Made by a program: the position numbers and the translations under genes. DNA of 61,687 bases, counting the filler. It is 6 parts of 6 records of this genome, joined end to end, with 100 filler letters (N's around TTAATTAATTAA, not from the genome) between each part and the next. Parts side by side here need not be neighbours in the genome. Positions count along the whole stretch, not along the records: positions 34,996 to 47,744 come from SRR31156797_14980; positions 47,845 to 55,989 come from SRR31156797_14984; 4 more parts are not named here. The stretch is one strand, 5' to 3'. The notes under the pieces were generated by a model that saw nothing but the letters and a program-made list of their open reading frames with translations, did no database searches and was not told where the DNA came from. Each line of letters begins with the position of its first letter. Within the stretch, counting starts at the first letter, position 1. Below, piece after piece: positions 39,104 to 49,605 of this stretch.

Positions 39104-39135
39104 AAAAATCCCGACAAAAATATTTGCCGGGATTT
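39104..39135 (-). terminator. intrinsic terminator of the RND operon
   Basis: Minus strand AAATCCCGGCAAA...TTTGTCGGGATTTTT. Confidence 0.75.
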
Positions 39136-39173
39136 AAGAATAATTAATTTATATTCAACTATTGAGAAATAAT

Positions 39174-39467
39174 TTAAACGGTTTTTAATACTTCCCAAAC
39201 AAATGCCCTCACTCCCACTTCTTTATTAATGTTATCCATCTTTTTTACGGTTTCAAGAAGTTCGTCAACTTGTTCGTCAGGGATAATTGTAAGGATGGCT
39301 GAATTTAGTTCGGGCCAGGTATGAGTTCCCATTCTTGGTTCTCCTGATTCGGTTCCTCTGCCAAGTACATCATTCCACCAGGTAAAACCTTTTATACCCA
39401 GTTTATCCAACATAAATTCAACTCTTTCTGTGTTTGCCTGGTTAAAAACAACAAATACTGCTTTCAT
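39174..39467 (-). CDS. PG0541-family transporter-associated protein (P-II-like)
   Basis: Likely start MKAVFVVFNQ at 39467; GRGTESGEPRMGTHTWP; located directly after the RND permease. Confidence 0.85.
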   Translation of the reverse strand: MKAVFVVFNQANTERVEFMLDKLGIKGFTWWNDVLGRGTESGEPRMGTHTWPELNSAILTIIPDEQVDELLETVKKMDNINKEVGVRAFVWEVLKTV

Positions 39468-39477
39468 AATTTTAATT

Positions 39478-42400
39478 TTAATGATCCATAAAAACAAACT
39501 GTTTTCTGACTTTCTCTTTTTTCTTACGTTCCTCTTTTCCGGCCAGAACTCCATACATTACCGGAACAATAATCATGGTGACCAGTGTTGAAACAATTAA
39601 TCCTCCAATTACTGTAATACCCATCGGACGCCAGATTTCAGCTCCTTCTCCTGTGCTCATTGCCAGGGGAAGCATTCCAAGAATGGTTGTCATAGCAGTC
39701 ATTAATACAGGTCGTAACCTCGATTTACCCGAAATGGCAATTGCTTCATATAATTCATAACCTCTGTCGCGCATTAGGTTTATATAATCAACCAGCACAA
39801 TTCCGTTTTTAACAACAATACCAATTAATAAAACGGCTCCGAGAGCCGCAACAACACTCAACGTTGTATTTGTTATTATTAAAGCATAAATAACACCTGT
39901 AAATGCAAAAGGTATCGAGAACATGATTACAAACGGCAAACGGAGCGACTCAAACTGCGAAGCCATTACCACATAAACCAGTATGAGACTTAAAACCATC
40001 AGCATTCCCAAATCCATGAAAGATTCCATTTGATCTTCGTAAGCCCCTCCAATAGTAGTAACAACTTCCTGTGGCGGTTCTAAATCGGCAATAGCTTCCT
40101 GCATTCGACTGGCTAAAACGCCCAATGCGACTTTATTCGGAGCAGCAGAAATGGTTACCACTCTTTCTCGTCTTTTATGATCGATGCTTGGCGGCGACCA
40201 AAACTCTTTGACTTCGCCAACCTCTTTTAATTTTATTTTATGACCAGTTGGCGTTATTAAATTCAGGTTTTCTATATCGGAAATAGAATTCCTGTAATCT
40301 TCAATCAATCTGATTCTGATATCATATTCATCTCCTTCTTCTTTATAAAATGAAGGAACAAGTCCGTTGATTCGATTTCGAACAAACGACGAAACCTGAG
40401 CTGTTGAAAGACCATGTTGTGCCAGTTTTTCTCTGTCGAGGATTACCTGTAGTTCAGGTTTATCATCTTTTCGGCTGATGGTAACATCTTGTGCACCTTT
40501 TACATTTTTTATTCTTTCAAGTACTTTTTCTGCATAAAGATTGGTAACATCGAAATTATAGCCGTAAATCTCAACATCTACAGTATTTGATCCTCCCAAC
40601 ATTGATGTGGAAGATGAAATATTAAGTGAAACAATTTCGGGGAATTGTGCCATTCGCTCTCTCAGGTCATCGGAAATATCCCAAACCGAACGTTCTCTTT
40701 CTTCAATGTCGACAAGGCTAATGGTAAGATTAATTAAGTTCGAACCGGTAGAACTAAACATCGACAAGAAGCTCCCTTCATCGTCGGAACCTGAAGAAGA
40801 GGAAACCAGGTGAACTTCAGGAAAATTTTCATCAATTAGTTTTTCCAGTTTCTCTGTTACTTTCATGGTTTCTTCTACCCGTAAACCCGATTGAAGCTCA
40901 ATGGCTACAGAAAATCTACCCTGATCAGATTCCGGCATAAAATCGGTTCCAATATTAACAGCAAAAAATAGCGAAGAGGCAAAAAATAAAAACGTTACAA
41001 TAATTACAACCGTTTTATAATTCAAGACTTTTCTCAATATTCTTTCATAAAAACTATCCAGTTTATTCATCCATTTTTCAATGGTATTTTCATAGCCAAA
41101 CTTTCTGATTTTAGTTTTTGGTTTTAATTTCAGAAGCCGCGATGCCAGCATGGGTGTTAGCGAAATTGCTGCAATTGTTGAAGTAACAACAGTAATGGTA
41201 ACAATCCAGCCCAACTGGTTAAAAATTACACCTGTCATTCCGGTAACTAATGTCAGCGGGAAAAATACGGCAACTACAACTAATGTGGTAATAATTACCG
41301 ACATCCAAACTTCGTTAGTTGCATAAATTGCCGATTCCCGCGGGCTGCTTCCCCTTTCCACGTGTCGGGTAATATTTTCCAAAACCACAATGGCATCATC
41401 CACAACCATTCCGATAGCAATTGAAAGTGATGTTAAAGAAATCACATTCATTGAGTTTCCGGTCAGGTATAAATACACAAATGCAACAATTAATGAAATT
41501 GGAATTGTAAGTACAATAATAAATGTTGCCCGCCAGCGACCAAGGAAAAATAAAACTACCAATACTACAAATACCATTGCCCACATTAAAGTGGAAGAAA
41601 GATTTCTTACCGATCCTTTAATAAATTCTGACGAATCAAATATTTCATCAATTTTCACATCGGGCGGTAAAGTTGTTTTAAGTTCCTCCAGATTTTCTTT
41701 TATTTCTCGTGCAACTTTAACTGTATTTGCACCCGATTGTTTCATGACAAACATACGGGCACCGGTTTTCCCATTTATCCTTTCAACCAAAGAAACATCT
41801 TTTAATGTATCTTTTACCGTTGCAACATCGTGCACATAAACCGTTCGTCCGTTGTAGTTTGCAACCACCAGATTTTTAATTCTTTCACTTTCATTAAATT
41901 CTCCCTGTACCCGAATCTGATAATCCATTTTCCCCATTTTTACATTTCCAAGGGGCAGGTTCATGTTTTCAGAGGATATCGCACCTCCAATTTGTTCCAG
42001 CGTTAAATTGTATGCATCCAGTCGTTGAGGATCAACATCAACATAAATCATACGTTGCGGAGAACCAACCAACGAAACAGATCCTACACCATCTACCCTG
42101 TTTAGAGGATTTATAATCTTTTCATCGATTAATTTTTCCAATCCCGGATAACTTTCTTCAGCCATTACAGCGAAAAAAAGTATAGGCATCATACTGGTAT
42201 TAAACTTAAGAATGGTAGGCCGTTCGCAACCCTCAGGAAGATAATCGTACATTCGGTCAATTACATCCCGAATATCGTTTGTGGCTTCGTCGAGATTCGA
42301 CTCCCATTCAAACTCAAGTGAAATCACCGACAAATTATCGGATGACACCGATGTAATCTCTTTCAAATCAGATACCGAGTTGAATGCATCTTCCAGTACT

Positions 42401-42594
42401 TTTGTAATGTTTGTTTCAATGTCTGAAGCATTTGCGCCCGGATATGTTGTCATTACCGAAACATAGGGAGGTTCCATGTCAGGGTATAAATCAATCGGAA
42501 TATTTATCAGCGAAAATATCCCCATAACCACAACAGCAATAAAAATCATAAATGTTGTGATGGGTTTATTAACCGCATTTTTATATATACTCAT
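39478..42594 (-). CDS. RND efflux permease (AcrB/CusA/SwrC-like)
   Basis: 1038 aa; IGMVVDDAIVVLENI, GIVVKNGIVLVD and SRLRPVLMT motifs. Confidence 0.95.
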   Translation of the reverse strand: MSIYKNAVNKPITTFMIFIAVVVMGIFSLINIPIDLYPDMEPPYVSVMTTYPGANASDIETNITKVLEDAFNSVSDLKEITSVSSDNLSVISLEFEWESNLDEATNDIRDVIDRMYDYLPEGCERPTILKFNTSMMPILFFAVMAEESYPGLEKLIDEKIINPLNRVDGVGSVSLVGSPQRMIYVDVDPQRLDAYNLTLEQIGGAISSENMNLPLGNVKMGKMDYQIRVQGEFNESERIKNLVVANYNGRTVYVHDVATVKDTLKDVSLVERINGKTGARMFVMKQSGANTVKVAREIKENLEELKTTLPPDVKIDEIFDSSEFIKGSVRNLSSTLMWAMVFVVLVVLFFLGRWRATFIIVLTIPISLIVAFVYLYLTGNSMNVISLTSLSIAIGMVVDDAIVVLENITRHVERGSSPRESAIYATNEVWMSVIITTLVVVAVFFPLTLVTGMTGVIFNQLGWIVTITVVTSTIAAISLTPMLASRLLKLKPKTKIRKFGYENTIEKWMNKLDSFYERILRKVLNYKTVVIIVTFLFFASSLFFAVNIGTDFMPESDQGRFSVAIELQSGLRVEETMKVTEKLEKLIDENFPEVHLVSSSSGSDDEGSFLSMFSSTGSNLINLTISLVDIEERERSVWDISDDLRERMAQFPEIVSLNISSSTSMLGGSNTVDVEIYGYNFDVTNLYAEKVLERIKNVKGAQDVTISRKDDKPELQVILDREKLAQHGLSTAQVSSFVRNRINGLVPSFYKEEGDEYDIRIRLIEDYRNSISDIENLNLITPTGHKIKLKEVGEVKEFWSPPSIDHKRRERVVTISAAPNKVALGVLASRMQEAIADLEPPQEVVTTIGGAYEDQMESFMDLGMLMVLSLILVYVVMASQFESLRLPFVIMFSIPFAFTGVIYALIITNTTLSVVAALGAVLLIGIVVKNGIVLVDYINLMRDRGYELYEAIAISGKSRLRPVLMTAMTTILGMLPLAMSTGEGAEIWRPMGITVIGGLIVSTLVTMIIVPVMYGVLAGKEERKKKEKVRKQFVFMDH

Positions 42595-42629
42595 AATTCT
42601 TTTCTTTAATTAAAATTGTTAACCCGGGA

Positions 42630-43679
42630 TTATTGAATTACCACTATTTCCATTCCGTTTAGCAAACGAGCCTGCCCATTTACAATTATATTATCGCCGG
42701 GGTGCAGTTCATTGGAAATTACTTCAACCTTATCGTCGAAACGATTACCCAACGTAACTTCTACCCTCTTTGCCTTGCCATTTTCGTTAACAAAAAGATA
42801 CCGAATATTCGATCCTTGCATTTTTAAAACTGCAACGGCTGGTAATACCAGTGCATTTGATTTTTCCAAATCAATGCTCATTCGACTAAACATTCCCGGG
42901 CGTAAAAGATTTTTTGAATTATCGATACTTACTTCAACATCGAATGTTCTGCTTTGTGGATTTATGGTTGGATAAATTCGGTTAATCTTTCCCGAAAACT
43001 GTTCTGTCGGATAAACATCAACCAGCATATTTACATGCATGCCTTTTCTAATCGATGGGAAATAATTTTCTGATATGCTAACAATTGCCTTCAGTTTGTT
43101 TATTTGGATGAGTGAAACAATTGCTGCTTTTCCAACGGCAGCAGAAGGAGCACCCGAATAAATTTCGCCATCTTCAAAATATTTTCCTGAAATTACACCA
43201 GCGAAAGGAGCTGTGATAGTAGTATTTTTTGCAAGAAATTCCATGTTTTTCTCAGCAACCTCATACTGTGCTTCCATTTGGTCGTATTGTTGTTTTGCAA
43301 TACTCCCCGCTTCTTTTAAAGCATCTATTCTTGAGAATTCAGTTTTTAAATTATTCATTTGAATTTTAGACTGAACCAACTGGCTGTCGTCCATTTTAAA
43401 CAGTACGTCGCCTACGTTAACTTTGTCGCCAATCTCAACCGGAATCGATTCAATTTTCCCTGGTGTTGATGGTGCTAAATGAACCACATTAAAAGATTCC
43501 AGTGTAGTTGCGAATTCAATCGACCGGGCAATTTCTTCTTCACCCAGTACTATAGTTTTTACATTTTCCTTTTTAGCCAATGTCACTGTTTGTTCCTGTG
43601 CCTTTTGTGTGCATGCAAAAGACAACATCACAATTGCGGCAATAAAAATTTTATTAATAGCTAATCGTTTCATTTTCAA
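42630..43679 (-). CDS. RND periplasmic adaptor (MFP) lipoprotein
   Basis: Lipobox FAC; GDKVNVGDVL, ITAPFAGVI and LRPGMF motifs. Confidence 0.92.
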   Translation of the reverse strand: MKMKRLAINKIFIAAIVMLSFACTQKAQEQTVTLAKKENVKTIVLGEEEIARSIEFATTLESFNVVHLAPSTPGKIESIPVEIGDKVNVGDVLFKMDDSQLVQSKIQMNNLKTEFSRIDALKEAGSIAKQQYDQMEAQYEVAEKNMEFLAKNTTITAPFAGVISGKYFEDGEIYSGAPSAAVGKAAIVSLIQINKLKAIVSISENYFPSIRKGMHVNMLVDVYPTEQFSGKINRIYPTINPQSRTFDVEVSIDNSKNLLRPGMFSRMSIDLEKSNALVLPAVAVLKMQGSNIRYLFVNENGKAKRVEVTLGNRFDDKVEVISNELHPGDNIIVNGQARLLNGMEIVVIQ

Positions 43680-43684
43680 TATTT

Positions 43685-44989
43685 TTAATTGTTTATTTCT
43701 CCTGTTAATGTGTTTAAATCGTTTTGTGCTTTTAATACTTCCAATATCGAAGTCAGGTATGCCGATTCTGCCGATAAATAATTGTTATCGGCGGTAGTAA
43801 GTTCAAGGCTCGAAATCATTCCCTGATCGTACTTTTGTTTTAAGCTATCGTAAACCTCGCGCGAAACTTTTACATTTTCTTTTTGGTTTTCGAGGTTTTC
43901 GAGGGCGCTGATTAAATTAAACTGAAGTTGGTTGAATTGAATTTTCAGCTGATCTTCAAGTAATAATATATTATTTATGGTTGTTTCCAAATCGATTTTC
44001 GCCTGCTTTACTTTTGAGCGACGTTCGCCGCTGGAGAAAACCGGAATATTCATTTGAACACCAATCATATTCGCCGGAGACATATCGAATGCAGGTTTTA
44101 ATAATTTATAGGTATATGAATAATACCCCGATACAGTAGGCAAATAAGCCGCTTTTTGTAAATCTATTTGCTTTTGGGTCATTTCTTTCTGCATATCCAT
44201 TAACTGATAATCAACATTTTTGTTAATCTCAAACATTTGACTGGCAGTTAATTCCGGATTATTTACATCAATAATTTCCGAAAGTTTATCGGTTAATTCC
44301 AATTCAGTATCAGGTGAAACGCCCAACTGCAAACGCAGCATATTTTTGGTCATTTCATACTGTCTCTCGGTCGACTTTAGCGCATTTTTTAATGAATTTA
44401 CCTGAACCGAAAGCTGATCGAGTTCAACTTTTTCCATCATTCCAACAGAAACCATCGGTTCGGTTTTTTTATATACCGATTGTAAATTCTCAAGATTAGC
44501 TTTCAGAATATTCAGCGATTCTTCTGAGACCAGCGTCAGGTAGTAACTTTCAACAACCTGGCTAACTACTTCAATTTCTGTTTTTGTTTTACTTTTTTGC
44601 GATAACTTTTCGTAAAGTTTGGCCGTTTGAATGCCGACAATATAACTTCCACTAAAGATTAATTGCCCCACCTGCAAATTAAAGTTACTGGTTGGTTTAA
44701 TTGGAATCTTTGAAGCTGGCATACTTTCATCGAACTGAATGCTTATTTCGGCACCCATTGCATTTGAATAATCGGTTGTTGCGTTAATTTGCGGAAGTCC
44801 GGCAGCGATTGTTTGCTTTAGACTTTCCTGCGATTGCAAAACCGCCAGCCCCGAGTTTTTGATGGTTCGGTTAAAATTTAAGGCGTGTTCTTTTGCGGCC
44901 TTAAGATCAAGTGTTAAACTTTCCTGTGCGTATACATGGCTAAATAGCAACAGCGAAAGAATAAAAAAAATAATCTGTTTTCGTTTCAT
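43685..44989 (-). CDS. TolC-family outer membrane channel
   Basis: Signal peptide, AAGLPQI / AYLPTVS repeats, helical OEP pattern, YDQGMISSLEL. Confidence 0.92.
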   Translation of the reverse strand: MKRKQIIFFILSLLLFSHVYAQESLTLDLKAAKEHALNFNRTIKNSGLAVLQSQESLKQTIAAGLPQINATTDYSNAMGAEISIQFDESMPASKIPIKPTSNFNLQVGQLIFSGSYIVGIQTAKLYEKLSQKSKTKTEIEVVSQVVESYYLTLVSEESLNILKANLENLQSVYKKTEPMVSVGMMEKVELDQLSVQVNSLKNALKSTERQYEMTKNMLRLQLGVSPDTELELTDKLSEIIDVNNPELTASQMFEINKNVDYQLMDMQKEMTQKQIDLQKAAYLPTVSGYYSYTYKLLKPAFDMSPANMIGVQMNIPVFSSGERRSKVKQAKIDLETTINNILLLEDQLKIQFNQLQFNLISALENLENQKENVKVSREVYDSLKQKYDQGMISSLELTTADNNYLSAESAYLTSILEVLKAQNDLNTLTGEINN

Positions 44990-45043
44990 TCTAACTTAAT
45001 TTAATTGTTTATGTAATTCTATTTTATTCATAATAAATTCAGT

Positions 45044-45661
45044 TCATTTTAATAGAAGAAGTTCGTTGTATAACGCATCAAACTCTTTATGTCCCTTTAA
45101 AGTTGTTATTCCGCGTATGTCGTTCAATATGAGCCTGTAAACAACGTTAGGAGAAAATGATTCCGGATATTCGATTACGGCATCGTACAATAGCATCGAA
45201 ATTTTATTTATTTGATTGAGGTACACATATTTAAAATCAACATCATTTCTAAGTACTCCGCATGCAACACCGTTTTCGTACAAACCAGCTATTATTGGAA
45301 ATAATTTTTGATCGCTGAAATCAACTATTTTTTTGTACTCTTCATTGTAGTATTTTTTCAAATCGTGAACATATGAAGGGTTTATTTTATTTACTTCATT
45401 TATAATTTTAAAAAAAACATGACAAAGATTTTTAAAAAAAGTATCAGAGGAATTTAAATTTTCGGTGATTTTCGAATAAAAAATATCAAGGTTTTTTTCA
45501 ACAATATCTCCTATTAGTGCATTTTTATTTTCAATGTTGGCATAAAGTGTTTTTTTTGAAATATTAAGCATAAAAGCCAAATCGTCGACACTTATGCTTT
45601 TAATTCCATATTTGGAATACATTGCTGCCGCCCTATTTATTATATTATTTTCATTGATCAT
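45044..45661 (-). CDS. TetR/AcrR family regulator
   Basis: YGIKSISVDDLAFMLNISKKTLY HTH. Confidence 0.88.
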   Translation of the reverse strand: MINENNIINRAAAMYSKYGIKSISVDDLAFMLNISKKTLYANIENKNALIGDIVEKNLDIFYSKITENLNSSDTFFKNLCHVFFKIINEVNKINPSYVHDLKKYYNEEYKKIVDFSDQKLFPIIAGLYENGVACGVLRNDVDFKYVYLNQINKISMLLYDAVIEYPESFSPNVVYRLILNDIRGITTLKGHKEFDALYNELLLLK

Positions 45662-45712
45662 ATACCTGAAAAACTATAACATTATTTTGAGTTTTCAGTC
45701 AAATAAAAAATT

Positions 45713-46318
45713 TTACTGAACTATATTTTCAATCACTTCAATCCCTTTTCGGGTTGAAATTCCGCGTGTAAAATTTATAACCATGCTTTGAAATACTTCT
45801 GCATGATTGTACTTATCGCGAGGGAAAACAGCGTCATCGGCCAAAATATCAATTTGATGATGAAATAGTTTAGAGATAATTTCTATGTTCAAATCGTTGC
45901 GAAACAATCCCTCTTTAATTCCTTTATTTAACAGGTGCGATGATAATTCAGCTCTTTTTACAAATCCTTCTTTTTCCATTTTTTGAAATGTGGAAGGATA
46001 CAATTTTTGAAAATCTTTAAAGAATACCGGATTTATTGCATTTAAAGCTTTAATTCCTTCCTGGGTGAACACAAAAATGGCTTCAATTGTATTTTTCGAA
46101 TTCGAAATTACCGATTCAACTTTCTTATCCTGAATTTTAGTTAAAATTTCTATACAGGTCATTACAAGCTCACTTTTGTCCTTAAAATTTTCATAAACCG
46201 TTCTTTTCGAAATACCTAGAGAAACCGCAATGTCGTCCATTGTAACATTTTTGATTCCATATTTGAAAAACTGACTTGTAGCCTCTTTTACTATTCTTTC
46301 TCGTACTTCCATAAACAT
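45713..46318 (-). CDS. TetR/AcrR family regulator
   Basis: YGIKNVTMDDIAVSLGISKRTVYENFKDK HTH. Confidence 0.92.
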   Translation of the reverse strand: MFMEVRERIVKEATSQFFKYGIKNVTMDDIAVSLGISKRTVYENFKDKSELVMTCIEILTKIQDKKVESVISNSKNTIEAIFVFTQEGIKALNAINPVFFKDFQKLYPSTFQKMEKEGFVKRAELSSHLLNKGIKEGLFRNDLNIEIISKLFHHQIDILADDAVFPRDKYNHAEVFQSMVINFTRGISTRKGIEVIENIVQ

Positions 46319-46329
46319 TATTGAAAGTG

Positions 46330-46337
46330 CAAATATA
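46330..46337 (-). promoter_or_regulatory. Bacteroidota -7 promoter element
   Basis: Minus strand TATATTTG(CA) just upstream of the first tetR. Confidence 0.6.
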
Positions 46338-46378
46338 GTAGAAAACTGAATACACTTTTAAAGTTTTCTTGTTTTTAT

Positions 46379-47020
46379 TTAGAAGTTAACATTGAATTTA
46401 ATCTGATAAAAAAGGTAATTGTTTTGCCAGGCATTATTGTTTGTTAAATAAAAGCGGGAACCAAGTAAAGGCGAAATATCAAAAGAAATGTTTTTGAACT
46501 GAAGAAGTTTTTTCCCAACTCCAAAAGACAGCTCCCAAAAGGTTTTGTTGATTTTTACTTTAGACACATCCGGCATTTTATGTTCAGATAGTTCATATTT
46601 AAAAATCCAACCAATTTTGTTGCTCACAATAAAGTAATCGAGAAAGGAATTGTTCATAGATCCTTCAATAATCAAAGGAAGCAGTACACTTTTATGTTTT
46701 AACCTCCAATTATTAGTGATTTCATGTGGAAAATAGTTTCCAAGGCTCTCACTCCATATTAATTCATTAATTTCTTCTATTCTAAAATGCTCTGCAGATT
46801 CAAATCCAATTCCAGTTGATAAAGTGTTAGATTTACCTTTCTTAAAATTCAACAAGACTTCTATTTCCCGGTCAAGATAGTGTCGGTAATCAGGAAAATC
46901 ATTCTTTCCTAAAATAGGATGTGATAAAGCAAAGTTTACAGATATTCGTTGAAAGCTATTCTGCGCAATTACGATATGTATTGAGAAGATGATAAACAAT
47001 ATTACTAACAGATATTTCAT
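46379..47020 (-). CDS. hypothetical secreted/outer membrane beta-barrel protein
   Basis: Signal peptide (IA-Q), beta-strand pattern, C-terminal IKFNVNF. Confidence 0.6.
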   Translation of the reverse strand: MKYLLVILFIIFSIHIVIAQNSFQRISVNFALSHPILGKNDFPDYRHYLDREIEVLLNFKKGKSNTLSTGIGFESAEHFRIEEINELIWSESLGNYFPHEITNNWRLKHKSVLLPLIIEGSMNNSFLDYFIVSNKIGWIFKYELSEHKMPDVSKVKINKTFWELSFGVGKKLLQFKNISFDISPLLGSRFYLTNNNAWQNNYLFYQIKFNVNF

Positions 47021-47687
47021 TATTCGATTATTTTGTGAACTATATTTATAAAAACAAATTAACGTTAAAAAAGAAATAAGTTCTTTTCAAACATAAAATT
47101 TCATCTTACTTCTAAAAAATAAAACAGGAAAATTGCGCCAAATTTTAGTATTATTGATTTTATTTTTAGCTTTTTGTAATAGGGAATCAATATAGAGCAT
47201 TTTTTGTATTTAGGGTTATATGAATTTTAACGATTTAAAGAGGATAGTAATTAATAAGGTTCTTTAAAATTGATATTTGTTGAGTTACAAATCTCAATAT
47301 ATTACAATTTATTTATTGATTTTGATTAAGTTTTTTAATGTTTAGATGTTTAAAAATAGAAAAAAAAATGCATGCTAGTCAATACCTATTTCTTTCTAAA
47401 GTGGATTTTTATTCGTTGATCTGATTTCAGCATTAAGACCGGATAAACCATTTTTCCTAAAAAGTTTACTGTTGGATTATTAATCACTAAAAAAAGATAA
47501 TTTTATATTTATTCATTACAATTTGGAATTAAATTTTCAAATCTTATAAACTTTACGAATTAATCTATTAATTATATTTCATAAAACTCTAAATATCAGA
47601 AACTTTAATGGGCGACCTGAATAATATCGAGTGCTCCTTATCCAATTTTAGCTTTCTGCACTTTAATAAATACTTCTCGAATCAAAT

Positions 47688-47711
47688 AAAAAAGCCAACT
47701 AAAAGTTGGCT
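47688..47711 (-). terminator. intrinsic terminator after tRNA
   Basis: Minus strand AGCCAACT-TTT-AGTTGGCT followed by a T-tract, 3 nt after the tRNA CCA. Confidence 0.8.
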
Positions 47712-47714
47712 TCA

Positions 47715-47744
47715 TGGTCGGGATGACAGGATTTGAACCTGCGA
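47715..47744 (-). tRNA. tRNA 3' fragment, most likely tRNA-Pro
   Basis: Minus strand TCGCAGGTTCAAATCCTGTCATCCCGACCA: T-arm (GGTTCAAATCC), acceptor strand ending CCG-A-CCA as in tRNA-Pro. The anticodon is lost in the gap. Confidence 0.85.
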
Positions 47745-47844
47745 NNNNNNNNNNNNNNNNNNNNNNNNNNNNNNNNNNNNNNNNNNNNTTAATTAATTAA
47801 NNNNNNNNNNNNNNNNNNNNNNNNNNNNNNNNNNNNNNNNNNNN
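47745..47844. other. artificial contig linker
   Basis: 44 N + TTAATTAATTAA + 44 N. Confidence 0.99.
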
Positions 47845-49447
47845 TAAAAAAGTCTCTAAAATCATCTATTGTTTTAGAAAGATACTCTATTTGATTTTGA
47901 AGTTTAGAAGAGATTTCATCTACTTTCTCTTGGTCTAACTGTCCATAGGCAAACTTATATTTTAAGTCTGTAGATACTAGGTTTAAAATATTTAATGGTT
48001 GTCTCCATTGATGAGCTATATTTGAAAGCATTTCACCCATTGAAGCTAATTTTGATTGTTGGATTACTAAATCTTGCTGTTGTTTTATTTCTGTAATATC
48101 TTTTGCTATAAGTAGCACTTTGTTTTGTTTTTTTATTTTGATTAAATTTACAAATAAGATTAGACTCTTATTTTTTATAGGCAAAATAAACTCAAATCTT
48201 TGTATACTATTTTTTAAACTATTTTCAAAATTTGAAATAAACTCCTCACGTCCTACTTTTAAAAACTTATCAAGCTTTTCATTTATAAGCTCTTTTTCTT
48301 CAAAACCTGAAATATCAAAGGTAGCTTTATTCGAAAACTCGATAACTCTATTTTTATCTAAAATCATTACCATATCATTTGTAGTATCTAAAATAGTAGT
48401 AAACTTTTCATTTAGTATATTTAGCTTTTTATTTAACCTTTTTGTATCATTTAAATTTTTATATAAGTTTTTTATTATCTTTAGGATAAAAAAACCTACA
48501 AGATAAGTTAAAGATAAAACCAATAAAGAAGTAAATATATACTGTAAGTTTTGACTTCTATTTAAACCATCTAAATACTCTTCTTTGGGTTTTAATATCA
48601 AAATAGGTTCATTTGCAATAGGAATATCAAGTTTTCTTGAAATAAGGGTTCCACTTGTATAGTTTTTGTTTGTTAAAACCTCTTTATAGTTTTCATATTC
48701 CTGCTTAAAATTATAAGGCTTTTCTAAAAACAATCCCCAACTTCTTTTTTCATCATAATGAATCAAAGTATTACCATCTTTATCAACTAAAATCATGTTA
48801 TATAAAGTAATATCTTCAAAAGCTTTTAAAAACTCATCCATAAAAAAGTTTATGATTAAGATTCCATCAAACTCACCCTTATAAACAATTGGTAAAACTG
48901 CTCTTAAAGTTGGTTTATAAGGTTTTTCCACTTGTGCATTTTCTATATTTAAATCAAGGTTAGAAAACCAAACCTTTGCAGTAGGATTATTTTTTGAATC
49001 AATAAAATAGTATCTATCTGATTTGTTTTGTAAGTTTGTTGATAAAAAGCTTTTAGTATTTTCTGATTGTTTATCAACTCTTACAATTTCATTTCCATTT
49101 TTGTCAATATATCTTAACTGCATAAAACTTGAGTGAATATTTGAAGTTAACAAAAACATCTTTTTTAAATGCTCTAAGTTCTTTTCATTTGGTTCTTGTA
49201 AATACTTAGTAAAAACTTCTGTAGTACGAAGATTTTTTAAAACAAGTTCAGACCTATCAATAAATTTTTGAAGAAGTTTTTCTCTTTCGTCTATTTGATC
49301 TTTTCCATTTTTAACTATGAGGTTATTTATACTATTGTAGAAAAATATTTTATCAATTGCGATAAAAGCAATAAGTATAAATATTGAATATAAAAATAGT
49401 ATTATTCTTGTTTTTATATCTTTTAATTCGGAGTTTTTTTTAATCAA
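47845..49447 (-). CDS. sensor histidine kinase (Cache, PAS, HisKA), 3' truncated
   Basis: QLRYIDKNGNEIVRV and SNLDLNIE Cache motifs; SMGEMLSNIAHQWRQPL and TIDDFRDFF, the Campylobacterota-type H-box. Confidence 0.9.
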
Positions 49448-49605
49448 GTGGCATCTTTAAAATTAATAAATAGTAATATAATTGTACAAAAAAACATTTT
49501 AAAAAATTATTAATTTCCATTCCCTTGGAATCGGCTTGGTCTTTAATAAAAACTTAACTAAAACTTTAATAAAATCTGTAAATTTTTTTTATAGGTGTAT
49601 AGAAA

